NCBI GenBank assembly: GCA_041497135.1
Contig: JBGQFX010000011.1
Coordinates: forward strand, 5,908-69,907
Source of the DNA: Gemmatimonadota bacterium
GTDB taxonomy: Bacteria > Gemmatimonadota > Gemmatimonadetes > Gemmatimonadales > GWC2-71-9
Length of the DNA: 64,000 nucleotides
Reading direction: 5' to 3'
Shown here: piece by piece, positions 1 through 9,769 of the stretch
Position numbering within the stretch: the stretch's first letter is position 1
Layout: every line of letters begins with the position of its first letter
Made by a program: the position numbers and the translations under genes
The notes under the pieces: model-generated
The model's database searches: none
What the model was told of the DNA's origin: nothing
What the model saw: only the letters and a program-made list of their open reading frames with translations

Positions 1-2678
1 TTACCTGGCTGGGCATCGCCGCCTGGAAGCAGGGCGATCTCGCCGAGGCGCGGCAATTGGGTGAGGAGGCGCTTGCGCTAAAGCTGCGGCGTGGCTTCGC
101 GGCCGACCTCGCCAAGTCCTACAACGCGCTCGGGCTCGTTGCCTGGCACCAGGCCAGACTCGCGGACGGGGACTCCCTGTTCGGCCATGCGATCGTGCGC
201 GCCGGAACCGCGCGCGACGCCAAGGCGATGGCCGCTGCGACGAACAACCTCGGCTTGATCCGCGTGGAGCAGGGGCGGTTCGTGGCGGCGCGCGACGATC
301 TCGAAGTTGCGAGCCGGCTCGCGCGTGAGGCGGGAGAAACCCGCCTCGAAGGCAACGTCCTGACCAATCTTGCCATGCTGGACAACCGCACCGGCGATCC
401 CGCGGCGGCCATTCCGGCGCTCGAGCAAGCGCGCGCCGCCTACCGGCGCATCGGTCTCGGCGCCCAGGAGCAGAACGCGCTCGGGCAGCTGGGCGAGGCG
501 TACGACGCGCTGGGCGAGCCACGACTAGCGATCGCGGCCTTGGACAGCGCGCTCAGCCAGGCGAGAGCGCAGGGCCTGCGGCAGGAGGAAGCCAGTGACC
601 TCGAGTCGCTGGCACGCGAGTATCGCAAAGCGGGCGACCTGCGCCGTGCGCTCGACTTCTACGCGCAGGCTAAGGCCATCGATGCCGAGCTGGAGCTCGA
701 AACCGAGCTAGGCGCCGACCTGCGCGCGGAAGCCGAGATCTACGCGGCGCTGGGCGATCTGGATCTCGGCTCCCGTCATGCCGCAGAAGCTCTGACGCGC
801 CACCGAAAGATCGACGCGCCCTACGAGGTCTTCCTCGATCATCTGCTGCTCGCCGATCTCGATGCCCGCGCACACCGCGACGCCGAAGCAGACTCAGAGC
901 TCGCAGCCGCGCATGCCCTGGCGGCGCGGCTCGACATCCGGACCGCCCGGGTCGACGTCGCGCTTGCGGAGGCGCGCATCGCCGATGCTCGCGGCGATGC
1001 CCGCCGGGTGCTGCGCGGGCTCGCGGTAGCGGCACCTGACCTTGAACGCGGGGGCTACGACTCCGAGTGGCAGGCGGCGGCGCTGCGCACTCGCGCCTAC
1101 ACGCGCTTGGGCCGTCTCGAGGAGGCCGCAGCGACAGGACGTGCGGCGGTGGCCGCGATCGAGCGCGTGCGCGGCCGGTTCGGCTCGGGCGCGCTGCGCA
1201 CCGCGTATCTCGCCGACCGCGCGTCGGCGTACGCCGATCTCGTCGGCGTGCTGCTGAGGCTGCGCCGCGTGGAAGAGGCCTTCGCGACTAGTGACGCGGC
1301 GCGGGGTCGCGCGCTGCTCGATCACCTGGCGGCCTCGAGCGACGGATCAGATACACTGGCCGCCGCGGTGCAACCGCTGCGTGATGGAGCGGAGCTGTTG
1401 CGGCGCATCGCCGGCCTCGTCCAGCAGATCGACGAATCCGAACGAGATCTGGCAGCCGAGCCCAGCGCGCCGGAGAGCGCGAGTGTGCGACTCCTGTACG
1501 GTGAGCTTGCCCGGGCGCGCAGTGCCTACGAAGCGGTCCTCGTCCAGCAGGCCGAGCGAGCCGGCGAGCTGGGACCGCTGCTGGGCGAGACGGCGCTGGA
1601 CCCGGCGGCGGTGCGCGGCAGCCTCCGGCCGGACGAGGCGCTGCTCGAATACCTGGTGGCGCCGGATCGGGTGCGCCTGTTCGTCGTGACCGGGGCGCGG
1701 GTGGAGTCGTTGGACGCGCCGGTGAGCGCAGAGAATCTGGTGAGCCGGGTTCGACTGGCGCGCGACCTCATGGGACGTCCAGCCGCGGCCGCGGGCCCCG
1801 GTCCGCCGGTGTTGGCCGCGTTGTTCGAGTCCTTGGTCCGTCCGGCGCTGCGCTCCGGCATGCTGCGGGGAGTGCGCCGGCTCGTCGTGGTGCCCCACGA
1901 CGTTCTCACCTACTTGCCGTTCGCCGCGCTGCACGACGATTCGACTAGCCGCTATCTGATCGAGGACTACACACTCGCCTACCTCCCGTCCGCCGCGGCG
2001 CTCCCGGCATTGCGCGAGCGTCCGAGGCCCGCTGCGGCAGCCTCGGAGGCCGTGGTCTTCGCTCCGCTGCCCGACGAGTTGCCGGCCACACGCGGCGAGG
2101 CGATGGCGGTGCGCGACGCGCTGGGGCGCGCGACGTTGCGCGTTGGGGCAAGCGCCACCGAGCGGCGGTTCCGCGCGGCGGTGGCGGTAAACGGCATCGT
2201 GCACGTGGCGAGTCACGGCCGGCTGGACGCGATGAACCCCATGTTCTCGAGGATCGCGTTCGCTCCCCGCTCACGTTCCTCTGACGACGATGGTCGGTTC
2301 GAGCTGCACGAGCTGCTCGGCCTCTCGGTGGCGAGTCCCCTTGTCTTTCTCTCGGGTTGCGAGACGGGGCTGGGGCCGGCTGGTTCGACGGACTTCGCGC
2401 GCGGCGAGGATTACGCGACCCTGGCGCAGGCATTCCTGTTTGCCGGGGCGCGCAACGTCGTCGCCACGCTGTGGCGGGTCGAGGATGGAGGGGCGGCGGT
2501 GTTTGCCCAAGCGTTCTACCAGCAGCTACGGTCGGCGGAGCCGGCGGAGGCGCTGGCCCGGGCGCAACGCGAGCTGTTGTCGCACCCGCGCTACAGCGGG
2601 CCGTTCTACTGGGGGGGCTACGTGTTCAGCGGGGGCGAAGTAGCGCAAAATCTGACGGCCTTGTCCGTTCGACCCTGA
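1..2678 (+). CDS. TPR-repeat + CHAT-domain (caspase-like) protease, 5'-partial
   Basis: The track ORF starts at a TTG at 57, but the same frame stays open to the window edge (..TWLGIAAWKQGDLAEARQLGEE..), so the N-terminus is missing. The N-terminal two-thirds is degenerate TPR-like helical repeats (NNLGLIRVEQGRF, LGEAYDALGEPRLAIAAL). The C-terminus carries CHAT hallmarks: VVVPHDVLTYLPFAAL, the His motif VHVASHG (~2199-2219) and the Cys motif VFLSGCETG (~2340-2366). Confidence 0.85.
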   Translation, partial: TWLGIAAWKQGDLAEARQLGEEALALKLRRGFAADLAKSYNALGLVAWHQARLADGDSLFGHAIVRAGTARDAKAMAAATNNLGLIRVEQGRFVAARDDLEVASRLAREAGETRLEGNVLTNLAMLDNRTGDPAAAIPALEQARAAYRRIGLGAQEQNALGQLGEAYDALGEPRLAIAALDSALSQARAQGLRQEEASDLESLAREYRKAGDLRRALDFYAQAKAIDAELELETELGADLRAEAEIYAALGDLDLGSRHAAEALTRHRKIDAPYEVFLDHLLLADLDARAHRDAEADSELAAAHALAARLDIRTARVDVALAEARIADARGDARRVLRGLAVAAPDLERGGYDSEWQAAALRTRAYTRLGRLEEAAATGRAAVAAIERVRGRFGSGALRTAYLADRASAYADLVGVLLRLRRVEEAFATSDAARGRALLDHLAASSDGSDTLAAAVQPLRDGAELLRRIAGLVQQIDESERDLAAEPSAPESASVRLLYGELARARSAYEAVLVQQAERAGELGPLLGETALDPAAVRGSLRPDEALLEYLVAPDRVRLFVVTGARVESLDAPVSAENLVSRVRLARDLMGRPAAAAGPGPPVLAALFESLVRPALRSGMLRGVRRLVVVPHDVLTYLPFAALHDDSTSRYLIEDYTLAYLPSAAALPALRERPRPAAAASEAVVFAPLPDELPATRGEAMAVRDALGRATLRVGASATERRFRAAVAVNGIVHVASHGRLDAMNPMFSRIAFAPRSRSSDDDGRFELHELLGLSVASPLVFLSGCETGLGPAGSTDFARGEDYATLAQAFLFAGARNVVATLWRVEDGGAAVFAQAFYQQLRSAEPAEALARAQRELLSHPRYSGPFYWGGYVFSGGEVAQNLTALSVRP

Positions 2679-2729
2679 TACGGCCGGCAGATGCACCGTT
2701 GGTGGTTGCGACGACACGCGGGGGGGACC

Positions 2730-3977
2730 ATGAGAGCCATGCGTCGGACACTGCTCGTTTCGGCTGCGCTCCTGGTTGCGGCATGTGCCGATCGCGAGCC
2801 GACCATGCCGTCCATCCGGGCAGCCAAGGGTGGTGGCGGCACCGGTGACGTCGCGGTCGATTCCACCAACCCTACCAGTGGTCCCCAGGACTCGACGCTC
2901 AACGTCCGCATCCTCGGCGCAAACTTCGACAGGGGGTCGCGGGCCGACTGGGCGCTTGCGGGCGTGGTCACCGACAAGGTGCGCGTCAACTCGACGACGT
3001 ACGTCAGCTCGAAGGAGATTGTCGCGAACATCTCCATCGCTCCCGACGCGGCGGTGGACCTGTACGACGTGATCGTCACGGCGTCTACCGGAAAGAAGGG
3101 CATCGGGAGCGAGCTGTTCGCGGTGCGGCCGAAGGGTCACAGTGAGGCACTCCCGGAGATCGCCTTCTCAGGCACTACGAATCTCCAAGTGATGAACTTC
3201 GATGGTTCCCACGAGACGATCGCCGCCAATGACACGGGTGTGTTCACGATCTCGTGGGCTTCGACGGGAGTGGGTACGACCACCGATCCGTGGCGTGTCA
3301 TCTACGAGAACGGCAGTGGTTGCTCTCGCAACCTCATCAGGCTGGACGTCGCGGTTGTCAACGGAGCGTCGGTAGGTCTCAATCGGACCGTGGTGCCGAC
3401 TACGCCGATCGCGTGCCATCCTGCCTGGTCTCCAGTTGCGGACACGGTCGTGTTTGCGGAAGGGGCGAGGATGGTCGGTCAGGTGTCCCATTTGTTCCTC
3501 ATGAGTGCGCAGGGTGGGCCCCAGACGGAGATCTACGGCTCGCCACCGGATGGGTATGCAACGTACTTCCCGGTCTGGAGTCCGGACGGCTCCAGCATCG
3601 CGTTTGTCGAGGAGAACGTGAACAACGGCGTGAACGATCCAGCGATTCGCGTGTTGGATCGGGCGACGGGCTTGGCGACAACGGTGGTGCAGCCGGGAGT
3701 GTTCGGCTTCATCCGTGCCCTGGATTGGGCCCGGACGAAAGATGTGCTCGCCTTCTCCGCTACCGGAGTCGGGCGCGGTGAGCAGGTCTTCACTCTGGAC
3801 CTCGCCACTTCCGGCGCGGCACCGAGCGCGGTTGTCAGCGGCAGTGGTCCCACGTGGTCACCGCATGACTCGAAGCTGGCCTACTGGACCGCGGGAAAAG
3901 TGGTCACGATCAACCTTGTCACAAAGAAGGTCACGACTCTGGCGGGTAACGGTCTGTGGCCGGACTGGAGGCGGTAA
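2730..3977 (+). CDS. Lipoprotein: N-terminal Ig/IPT-like module + TolB-like (PD40/WD40-like) beta-propeller
   Basis: Lipoprotein signal MRAMRRTLLVSAALLVAAC. Repeated PD40-type motifs: HPAWSPVADTVVF, FPVWSPDGSSIAFV, PTWSPHDSKLAYW. The N-terminal ~110 aa are paralogous to the N-terminus of the next gene. I chose the start at 2730 (a G-rich run sits just upstream); the ORF opens at 2691. Confidence 0.75.
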   Translation: MRAMRRTLLVSAALLVAACADREPTMPSIRAAKGGGGTGDVAVDSTNPTSGPQDSTLNVRILGANFDRGSRADWALAGVVTDKVRVNSTTYVSSKEIVANISIAPDAAVDLYDVIVTASTGKKGIGSELFAVRPKGHSEALPEIAFSGTTNLQVMNFDGSHETIAANDTGVFTISWASTGVGTTTDPWRVIYENGSGCSRNLIRLDVAVVNGASVGLNRTVVPTTPIACHPAWSPVADTVVFAEGARMVGQVSHLFLMSAQGGPQTEIYGSPPDGYATYFPVWSPDGSSIAFVEENVNNGVNDPAIRVLDRATGLATTVVQPGVFGFIRALDWARTKDVLAFSATGVGRGEQVFTLDLATSGAAPSAVVSGSGPTWSPHDSKLAYWTAGKVVTINLVTKKVTTLAGNGLWPDWRR

Positions 3978-3980
3978 GCG

Positions 3981-5753
3981 ATGCGCGTTCGTCCTATTGC
4001 TAAGTCTCTCGGCGTTTTCGGTCAGATGCTGGCGATGGCATTCGCGCTCACCTGCTCCGATCAACAGCCGACCCTCCCGGATATCAGGGCGGCCGCCGGC
4101 GGCGGCAGCGTCGGCGTGAGCGTGACGGCCACCGACCCCGACAGCGCGACGCAGGACACGACGCTCGACGTGGTGGTGAGCGGCTCGGGGTTCGACCAGG
4201 GCTCGCAAGCCCAGTGGGCCCGCTCGGGAGTGCTGTCGCCAAGAATCCGAACCAACTCCACCCGGTTCGTGACGTCCAAGAAGCTCATTGCCAACATTAC
4301 GATCGCGCTCGATGCGGACCTGGGACTGTACGACGTGATCGTGACGGCGAGCACGGGGAAGAAGGGGATCGGATCGGAGCTGTTCACGGTGAAGGCGAAG
4401 GGTAAGCCGCAGGCTGCCGTCGCGTCCGTGGACGTGATTCCCCCGAAGGGGATGATCGTCCTGGGCGCGTCAGCCGCGATGTTCGCGATTGCCAGGGACA
4501 GCAATGGGAATCCGCTCTCGGGACATTCAGTGACCTGGAGCAGTACACAGCCCTCCGTCGCCTCCGTGAGTGCGATGGGAATCGTCACATCGAACGCACT
4601 CGGCGCCGCCTACGTCGTAGCCGTCATTGAAGGGCACAGAGACAGCGCCCTGATCACCTCGGGGTTCCGATTCGACTCTCTCGCGTCGGATCTGGCCCAT
4701 AACTGCGCAATCGGGAGTGGGCGAGTCTACTGTTGGGGTTGGAACAGTGATGGCCAGCTCGGAGACAGCACCCAGTTGAACGCAGCGGCCGCTGTTCCCG
4801 TAGCAGATCCCCAGGCCTACAGCACGGTGACGGCTGGCGGGATTCACTCATGCGGCGTCACGCCTGCGGGCACGGCGTGGTGTTGGGGGGGGAACGGTTA
4901 CGGCCAGCTGGGAAACGGCAGCGCCGTTTCGAACCTCGTTCCAGTAGCGGTCACCGGCGGTCTCACCTTCACCACCGTTTCGGCTGGTGAAGAACACACT
5001 TGTGGACTAACGACGGGCGCGGTGACCTACTGCTGGGGCCGCAGTAATTGGGGTTCGTTGGGCGATGGCACTACTACCGACCGCCAAATCCCGACCGCCG
5101 TGGCGGGCGGATTGACGTTTGCGTCCATCGCCGCCGGAGAGTTCCAGACCTGTGCCATCACGAGCTCGGGGGCAGCCTACTGTTGGGGCCACAATGACCA
5201 CGGACAGCTGGGGGACAGCAGCACGATCGATCGTCATGCGCCCGTCCCTGTGGTGGGGAATCTCACGTTCGCCAGAGTCGGATCTGGCGGATATCACACT
5301 TGCGGCCTGACCACCGGGGGCCTGGTCTACTGCTGGGGGTCGAACAGCAGCGGCCAGCTCGGAACTGGCCAGAGTGACCCGATCAACAAAAACCCCAACC
5401 GACAGGTCCCTTCGCAACACCCGACCCCCACACGGATCGCGAGCGATTCGCTGTTCACGACTTTGGCGGCAGGCACCAACCACACATGTGCTCTCACGAT
5501 CGGCGGCTTCGCCTATTGCTGGGGATGGAACTTCGTCGGGCAGCTGGGAAACGGGACGACCGCGGACCAACCCAGCCCGGTGCTGGTTCAAGGCGGACTG
5601 AGGTTCGTCGCACTGAGTGCTGGGTGGCGACACACCTGCGGACTAACGACGGGAGGGGTGACGTACTGCTGGGGTGAGAACAGGAGCAGCCAGCTCGGGA
5701 ACACCAGCGGTGTCGGAAGCACCGTGCCCGTGAAGGTTTTCGGACAGCCGTAG
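3981..5753 (+). CDS. Lipoprotein: Ig/IPT-like module + Big_2-like Ig domain + ~7 RCC1 repeats
   Basis: GGAGG lies 9 nt upstream of the ATG. Lipobox AFALTC. Big_2-like stretch: VASVDVIPP..VTWSSTQPSVASVSAMGIVT. Repeated RCC1 signatures: YCWGWNSDGQLGD, WCWGGNGYGQLGNG, YCWGHNDHGQLGD, YCWGSNSSGQLG, YCWGWNFVGQLGNG, YCWGENRSSQLG. Confidence 0.85.
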   Translation: MRVRPIAKSLGVFGQMLAMAFALTCSDQQPTLPDIRAAAGGGSVGVSVTATDPDSATQDTTLDVVVSGSGFDQGSQAQWARSGVLSPRIRTNSTRFVTSKKLIANITIALDADLGLYDVIVTASTGKKGIGSELFTVKAKGKPQAAVASVDVIPPKGMIVLGASAAMFAIARDSNGNPLSGHSVTWSSTQPSVASVSAMGIVTSNALGAAYVVAVIEGHRDSALITSGFRFDSLASDLAHNCAIGSGRVYCWGWNSDGQLGDSTQLNAAAAVPVADPQAYSTVTAGGIHSCGVTPAGTAWCWGGNGYGQLGNGSAVSNLVPVAVTGGLTFTTVSAGEEHTCGLTTGAVTYCWGRSNWGSLGDGTTTDRQIPTAVAGGLTFASIAAGEFQTCAITSSGAAYCWGHNDHGQLGDSSTIDRHAPVPVVGNLTFARVGSGGYHTCGLTTGGLVYCWGSNSSGQLGTGQSDPINKNPNRQVPSQHPTPTRIASDSLFTTLAAGTNHTCALTIGGFAYCWGWNFVGQLGNGTTADQPSPVLVQGGLRFVALSAGWRHTCGLTTGGVTYCWGENRSSQLGNTSGVGSTVPVKVFGQP

Positions 5754-5805
5754 AGAAGACACCAGGGGGCGGCGTCAAGCGCACGGTACCGCTGCTCGCC
5801 TCATG

Positions 5806-5841
5806 ACCGCCGTCGGCCCATGGCCGACGGCGGTTCTTGTT
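5806..5841 (+). terminator. Rho-independent terminator after the RCC1 lipoprotein gene
   Basis: Perfect 13-bp stem ACCGCCGTCGGCC / GGCCGACGGCGGT (5806-5818 and 5822-5834) with a 3-nt loop, followed by TCTTGTT. It lies 52 nt after the stop at 5753. Confidence 0.8.
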
Positions 5842-6030
5842 CCAACTCTCGCAAATCCGAGTGCCACCGTCCGTTTCACTCCGATGAGGCTCCGTGAGGT
5901 GCCCTGGCGCGCAGCCCCGTGCTGCGGGCGCGTTTCACGTTCACCCTGCCCACCTACTCGGCTTCCAGCCCACAAGCAAAATGCCGCGCCCGCGTCCGTT
6001 CGATTAGAGTGACTCTCTCCAGGCGCCGTT

Positions 6031-7620
6031 ATGCGCAAGCTCTCCGGCCTGCTCGTCATCCCTGCCTCCATCACCTGCATGCGAGCCGGTCGGTGTCTGT
6101 TGGGGGTGACAAGACGTAGCTGGCTACTTTGGCCCCTCCTGATGGCTGGCTCACTCTCCTCCTGCCATGACTCCACTGGGCCGGCTCGGGCCTCGCTGGC
6201 AGGGCCACGCTTTCAATCCAGTGCCGTCGCGAGCGTCACCATAACGGACCTCGGCACCCTCGGTGGCACTTCAGGTGATGCCTGGGCGATCAACGCTTCA
6301 GGTCAGGTCGCGGGCGTCAGCACCACCGCGAGCGGCGAGAGGCACGCGTTTCTCTGGGACGGTACTGCGATGCGCGACCTTGGCACGCTCGGGGGGACGG
6401 TTAGTGAAGCGGTGGCGATCAACGGCAGCGGCCAGGTTGCGGGCATCAGCAAGACTGCGGCCGGTGATTGGCATCCGTTCCTCTGGGACGGAGTGGCTAT
6501 GCGTGACCTTAGCACGCTCGGGGGCACTTTCAGTGTAGCCACAGCCCTCAACGATGCGGGCCAGGTTACAGGGTACAGCAATACCACCGGCAACCGCGGC
6601 GTGCATGCGTTTTTCTGGGACGGCGCGACCATGCGCGACCTAGGCGCCCTCGACGGGTCCTGCTGCAGTTTCGGGAGCGCGTTGAACGATGCTGGGCAGG
6701 TAGCCGGTGGCTCCTCTACCAGCGGTGCCGGGAACCACGCTGTCCTCTGGGAAGGCGCGATGATCCGCGACCTCGGTACCCTCGGGGGGACGTACCCTTC
6801 CGCGGGCGCCAGGGGGATCAACGACGCAGGATGGGTCGTCGGCAACAGCACTACTGACGCCGGCGAGGACTTTGACTTCACGCATGCCTTCCTCTGGGAT
6901 GGCGTGGCGATGAGGGACCTCGGTACCCTCGGCGGCACGTTCAGCTACTCAAGGGCGATCAACGCCACGGGCCAAGTGGCCGGGATCAGTACGCCACCTG
7001 GTGCGTCCCACGTTGCCGGTGAATCGCACGCGTTCTTTTGGGACGGTGTGACGATGCGCGACCTTGGCACCTTCGGTGGCAAAGCTAGCGACGCCCTCGC
7101 CCTCAACGATGCGGGCCAGGTCACAGGGTACAGCACCAGAGCTGGAGAATTCCCGCATCCGTTCCTCTGGGACGGCGCGACCATGATCGATCTCGGCACC
7201 CTTGGGGGTTCCGGCGGCATCGGAAGAGCGCTCAACGAAGCAGGTCAGGTCGTGGGCTCCAGTACTACCGCTGCTGGTGAGAATCACGCGACGCTGTGGA
7301 CGGTGACCTTCCTCACCCGCACCCCGGAGACGGTCGCCGCCGATCTCACGGCGCAAATCCTGGCGCTTCGCGACGCCGGCGTGCTGAACAAGGGGCAGAC
7401 CAACGCGTTCACCCGCAAGATCGATCAGGCGCTCAAGCTGCGTGACCGCGGCAAGTACGCTGAAGCAATCGCGGTCCTCAATGGTTTCATCCAGCAGGTG
7501 AACGATTTCATCAGCCCGCCACCCCCGAACCTCCCCGTATTGAGCGAGCAGCAGGGGCGGCCGCTCATCGAATTGGCGCAGGTGATGATCGCGCTGATCA
7601 CCCTTGAGATGAACGCCTGA
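6031..7620 (+). CDS. HAF-family extracellular repeat lipoprotein with a C-terminal helical tail
   Basis: About 11 copies of a ~43-aa unit of the form DLGTLGGT.S.A.AIN.SGQVAG.S....G..HAFLWDG..MRDLGTLGG. Lipobox-like LLMAGSLSSC. C-terminal helical segment: ..LRDAGVLNKGQTNAFTRKIDQALKL..AIAVLNGFIQQVNDFI. The start could instead be the internal Met at 6079. Confidence 0.8.
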   Translation: MRKLSGLLVIPASITCMRAGRCLLGVTRRSWLLWPLLMAGSLSSCHDSTGPARASLAGPRFQSSAVASVTITDLGTLGGTSGDAWAINASGQVAGVSTTASGERHAFLWDGTAMRDLGTLGGTVSEAVAINGSGQVAGISKTAAGDWHPFLWDGVAMRDLSTLGGTFSVATALNDAGQVTGYSNTTGNRGVHAFFWDGATMRDLGALDGSCCSFGSALNDAGQVAGGSSTSGAGNHAVLWEGAMIRDLGTLGGTYPSAGARGINDAGWVVGNSTTDAGEDFDFTHAFLWDGVAMRDLGTLGGTFSYSRAINATGQVAGISTPPGASHVAGESHAFFWDGVTMRDLGTFGGKASDALALNDAGQVTGYSTRAGEFPHPFLWDGATMIDLGTLGGSGGIGRALNEAGQVVGSSTTAAGENHATLWTVTFLTRTPETVAADLTAQILALRDAGVLNKGQTNAFTRKIDQALKLRDRGKYAEAIAVLNGFIQQVNDFISPPPPNLPVLSEQQGRPLIELAQVMIALITLEMNA

Positions 7621-7632
7621 GGGGGCCTACCC

Positions 7633-9702
7633 ATGCACCCGCGCGATAGAGCCCGTTCCTTCCGGTGGTTCGTTGGGTGCTTTGTCGTCCTGTCGGTCGC
7701 TACGTGCACCGACCGGCAGACCGCCGGGCCGACGCCGCCAGACCTGCGCGCTGCGATCTCCGACGGCGCGCACCAGTCGGGCAACGCGCACTTCTTCTTC
7801 CTCCCGCCGCTGGTCCCGGCACCGAACTTCAGCGGTACGCTTGACCCCTCCCTGTCCCCCGTCGTGCACATCTGCGAGCTGACCGGCTCGGCGTGCGGAC
7901 GGATCGTGGCCGAGTTCACGCGGACCTCCGGATCCGGCTCGGAGAGCGTGCGCGTCGATGCCGCGGGCGAGCTCTACATCGTCAACTGGCACACCGATCG
8001 GTCCAGCCTCGATCCGGCCAAGACCTATCGTATCCGGGTCCTCGTCGCCGGCACCGAGCTCGGCTTCGCCGACGTGGACGTCGTGAGCGGCGGGAAGCAA
8101 CTCAAGAATGTCCAATCGGGGGAGTTCATCGGTCTCCTCAATGGGAAGACCCTGCCGATCAAGTTCAGAATCGAGCAGGGGGCGGTGTTCGTGGTGGGCG
8201 CCGCGGGCGGCACGATCACCGCTGAGGGGGGCACTGTGAGGTTAGACGTGCCGCCGGGTGCGGTGCCGGGAGAGATCGGGATCACCATCTCCCCGGCGGA
8301 CCAGATCCCTGCCGACTCGAGAATCGTGCCCGGCAGCGCATTCCACTTCGGGCCCGAAGGACTCGAGTTTGCCGTTTCCGTCCACCTCACCATCACCTAC
8401 GACCCGGCGCGGGTTCCGTCGGGAGTGTCAGTGGCCGGGCTTAGGCTGTTAAAGGCGGTACGTAACGGGTTCGTGCTCGTCTCGGGCAGCGGAGACGATC
8501 CGCTCTCGCACACCGTGAGTGGGGACATCTCGAGCTTCAGCGAGTACGTCGCAGGCCCCACCTCCTCGGCGTTCACACTGCGCAGTGTCAGCGTGGGTGG
8601 GGTTCACTCCTGCGGCGTGAGCCAGGCGGATGTCGCCTACTGCTGGGGTGACAACGCGTCGGGTCAGCTCGGCGATGGCACCACGACGCCGAGTACGACC
8701 CCGATCATGGTCTCGGGAGGCTTGGCGTTCGCATCGATCAGTGCCGGCGGGCTGAGCACCTGCGGTCTCACGACAGCGGTGGAAGCCTATTGCTGGGGGG
8801 ATAACGAGCTGGGCCAGATCGGCGATGGCACAGTTCAGAACCGGCTCACGCCGATGCCACCCGGCGGCGGCCTCTCGCTGACATCCCTCATCGCGGGCGG
8901 GGCCACGGTGTGCGGCCTTACCGCTCCGGGAGCGGCCTACTGCTGGGGCCCGAGCTTTTTCGGCAGCGTCGGCGCCCCCGTCACGGAGAGCTGCTTTTTC
9001 AACAACAGCCAGGTCCCGTGTACCACGAGCCCGCTGGCCGTCACGGGCGGCGTCCAGTTCGCGAAGATCGCTCCCAGCAGTTTCCACACTTGCGGTCTCA
9101 CCCCAGGCGGCGGGGCGCACTGTTGGGGCTACAACCAGTACGGCCAGCTCGGTGCGGCGACGAGCGAAACGTGCGGGACCTTCGCCGCACCGTGCAGCAC
9201 GACGCCGATCGCCGTCGACGGCGGACTGGCGTTCACGACCATGGCGCTGGGCAGCCACTACACGTGCGGGGTTGCCACGAACAGTCGTGCGTATTGCTGG
9301 GGAGCGAACTTCGCCGGCGGGCTGGGCGACGGCACGACGACGAACCGCCCGGCCCCGACCGCCGTCGCGGGCGGACTCACGCTCGTCGCGGTGACCGCCG
9401 GCGTGCGCCACACCTGCGCTCTCACCGACACCGGCGACGCCTACTGCTGGGGCACGAACTCCCTCGGCCAACTCGGCAACGGCGGAACCACGAACAGCTT
9501 GGTGCCGGTCGCCGTTGGCGGCGGATTGACGTTCGTCTCCATCAGTGCGCTGGGCGACCACACCTGCGCGCTCACGGCGGCCGGAGAGGGCTATTGCTGG
9601 GGGCAGAATCGATACGGGGAGCTCGGCGCCCCGACGACGGAGCAGTGTGCGTTCGGGATCGCCTGTAGCACGAGTCCGATTCGGGTCTCAGATCCGCAAT
9701 GA
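7633..9702 (+). CDS. Lipoprotein: unknown N-terminal beta-rich domains + RCC1 repeats
   Basis: Lipobox VLSVATC. From about aa 330 onward there are RCC1 signatures: YCWGDNASGQLGDGT, YCWGDNELGQIGDGT, YCWGPSFFGSVG, HCWGYNQYGQLG, YCWGANFAGGLGDGT, YCWGTNSLGQLGNG, YCWGQNRYGELG. Confidence 0.85.
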   Translation: MHPRDRARSFRWFVGCFVVLSVATCTDRQTAGPTPPDLRAAISDGAHQSGNAHFFFLPPLVPAPNFSGTLDPSLSPVVHICELTGSACGRIVAEFTRTSGSGSESVRVDAAGELYIVNWHTDRSSLDPAKTYRIRVLVAGTELGFADVDVVSGGKQLKNVQSGEFIGLLNGKTLPIKFRIEQGAVFVVGAAGGTITAEGGTVRLDVPPGAVPGEIGITISPADQIPADSRIVPGSAFHFGPEGLEFAVSVHLTITYDPARVPSGVSVAGLRLLKAVRNGFVLVSGSGDDPLSHTVSGDISSFSEYVAGPTSSAFTLRSVSVGGVHSCGVSQADVAYCWGDNASGQLGDGTTTPSTTPIMVSGGLAFASISAGGLSTCGLTTAVEAYCWGDNELGQIGDGTVQNRLTPMPPGGGLSLTSLIAGGATVCGLTAPGAAYCWGPSFFGSVGAPVTESCFFNNSQVPCTTSPLAVTGGVQFAKIAPSSFHTCGLTPGGGAHCWGYNQYGQLGAATSETCGTFAAPCSTTPIAVDGGLAFTTMALGSHYTCGVATNSRAYCWGANFAGGLGDGTTTNRPAPTAVAGGLTLVAVTAGVRHTCALTDTGDAYCWGTNSLGQLGNGGTTNSLVPVAVGGGLTFVSISALGDHTCALTAAGEGYCWGQNRYGELGAPTTEQCAFGIACSTSPIRVSDPQ

Positions 9703-9769
9703 CGGTCTGTAACCGAGCTCCGGGTGTGGCGAAATCAGCCATGGTCGGTCAAACGCGAGGAGGTCACGT

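Noticed and set aside
5775-6176. Small ORFs in the 5754-6030 intergenic region
   Set aside because: They run through the strong terminator hairpin or overlap the HAF gene start, and have no RBS or family signal.
8449-9561. 370-aa minus-strand ORF, plus the 252-aa plus-strand ORF at 8910..9668
   Set aside because: They overlap the RCC1-repeat frame (repeated YCWG.N..GQLG). The alternatives are Arg/Ala/Gly-rich shadows.
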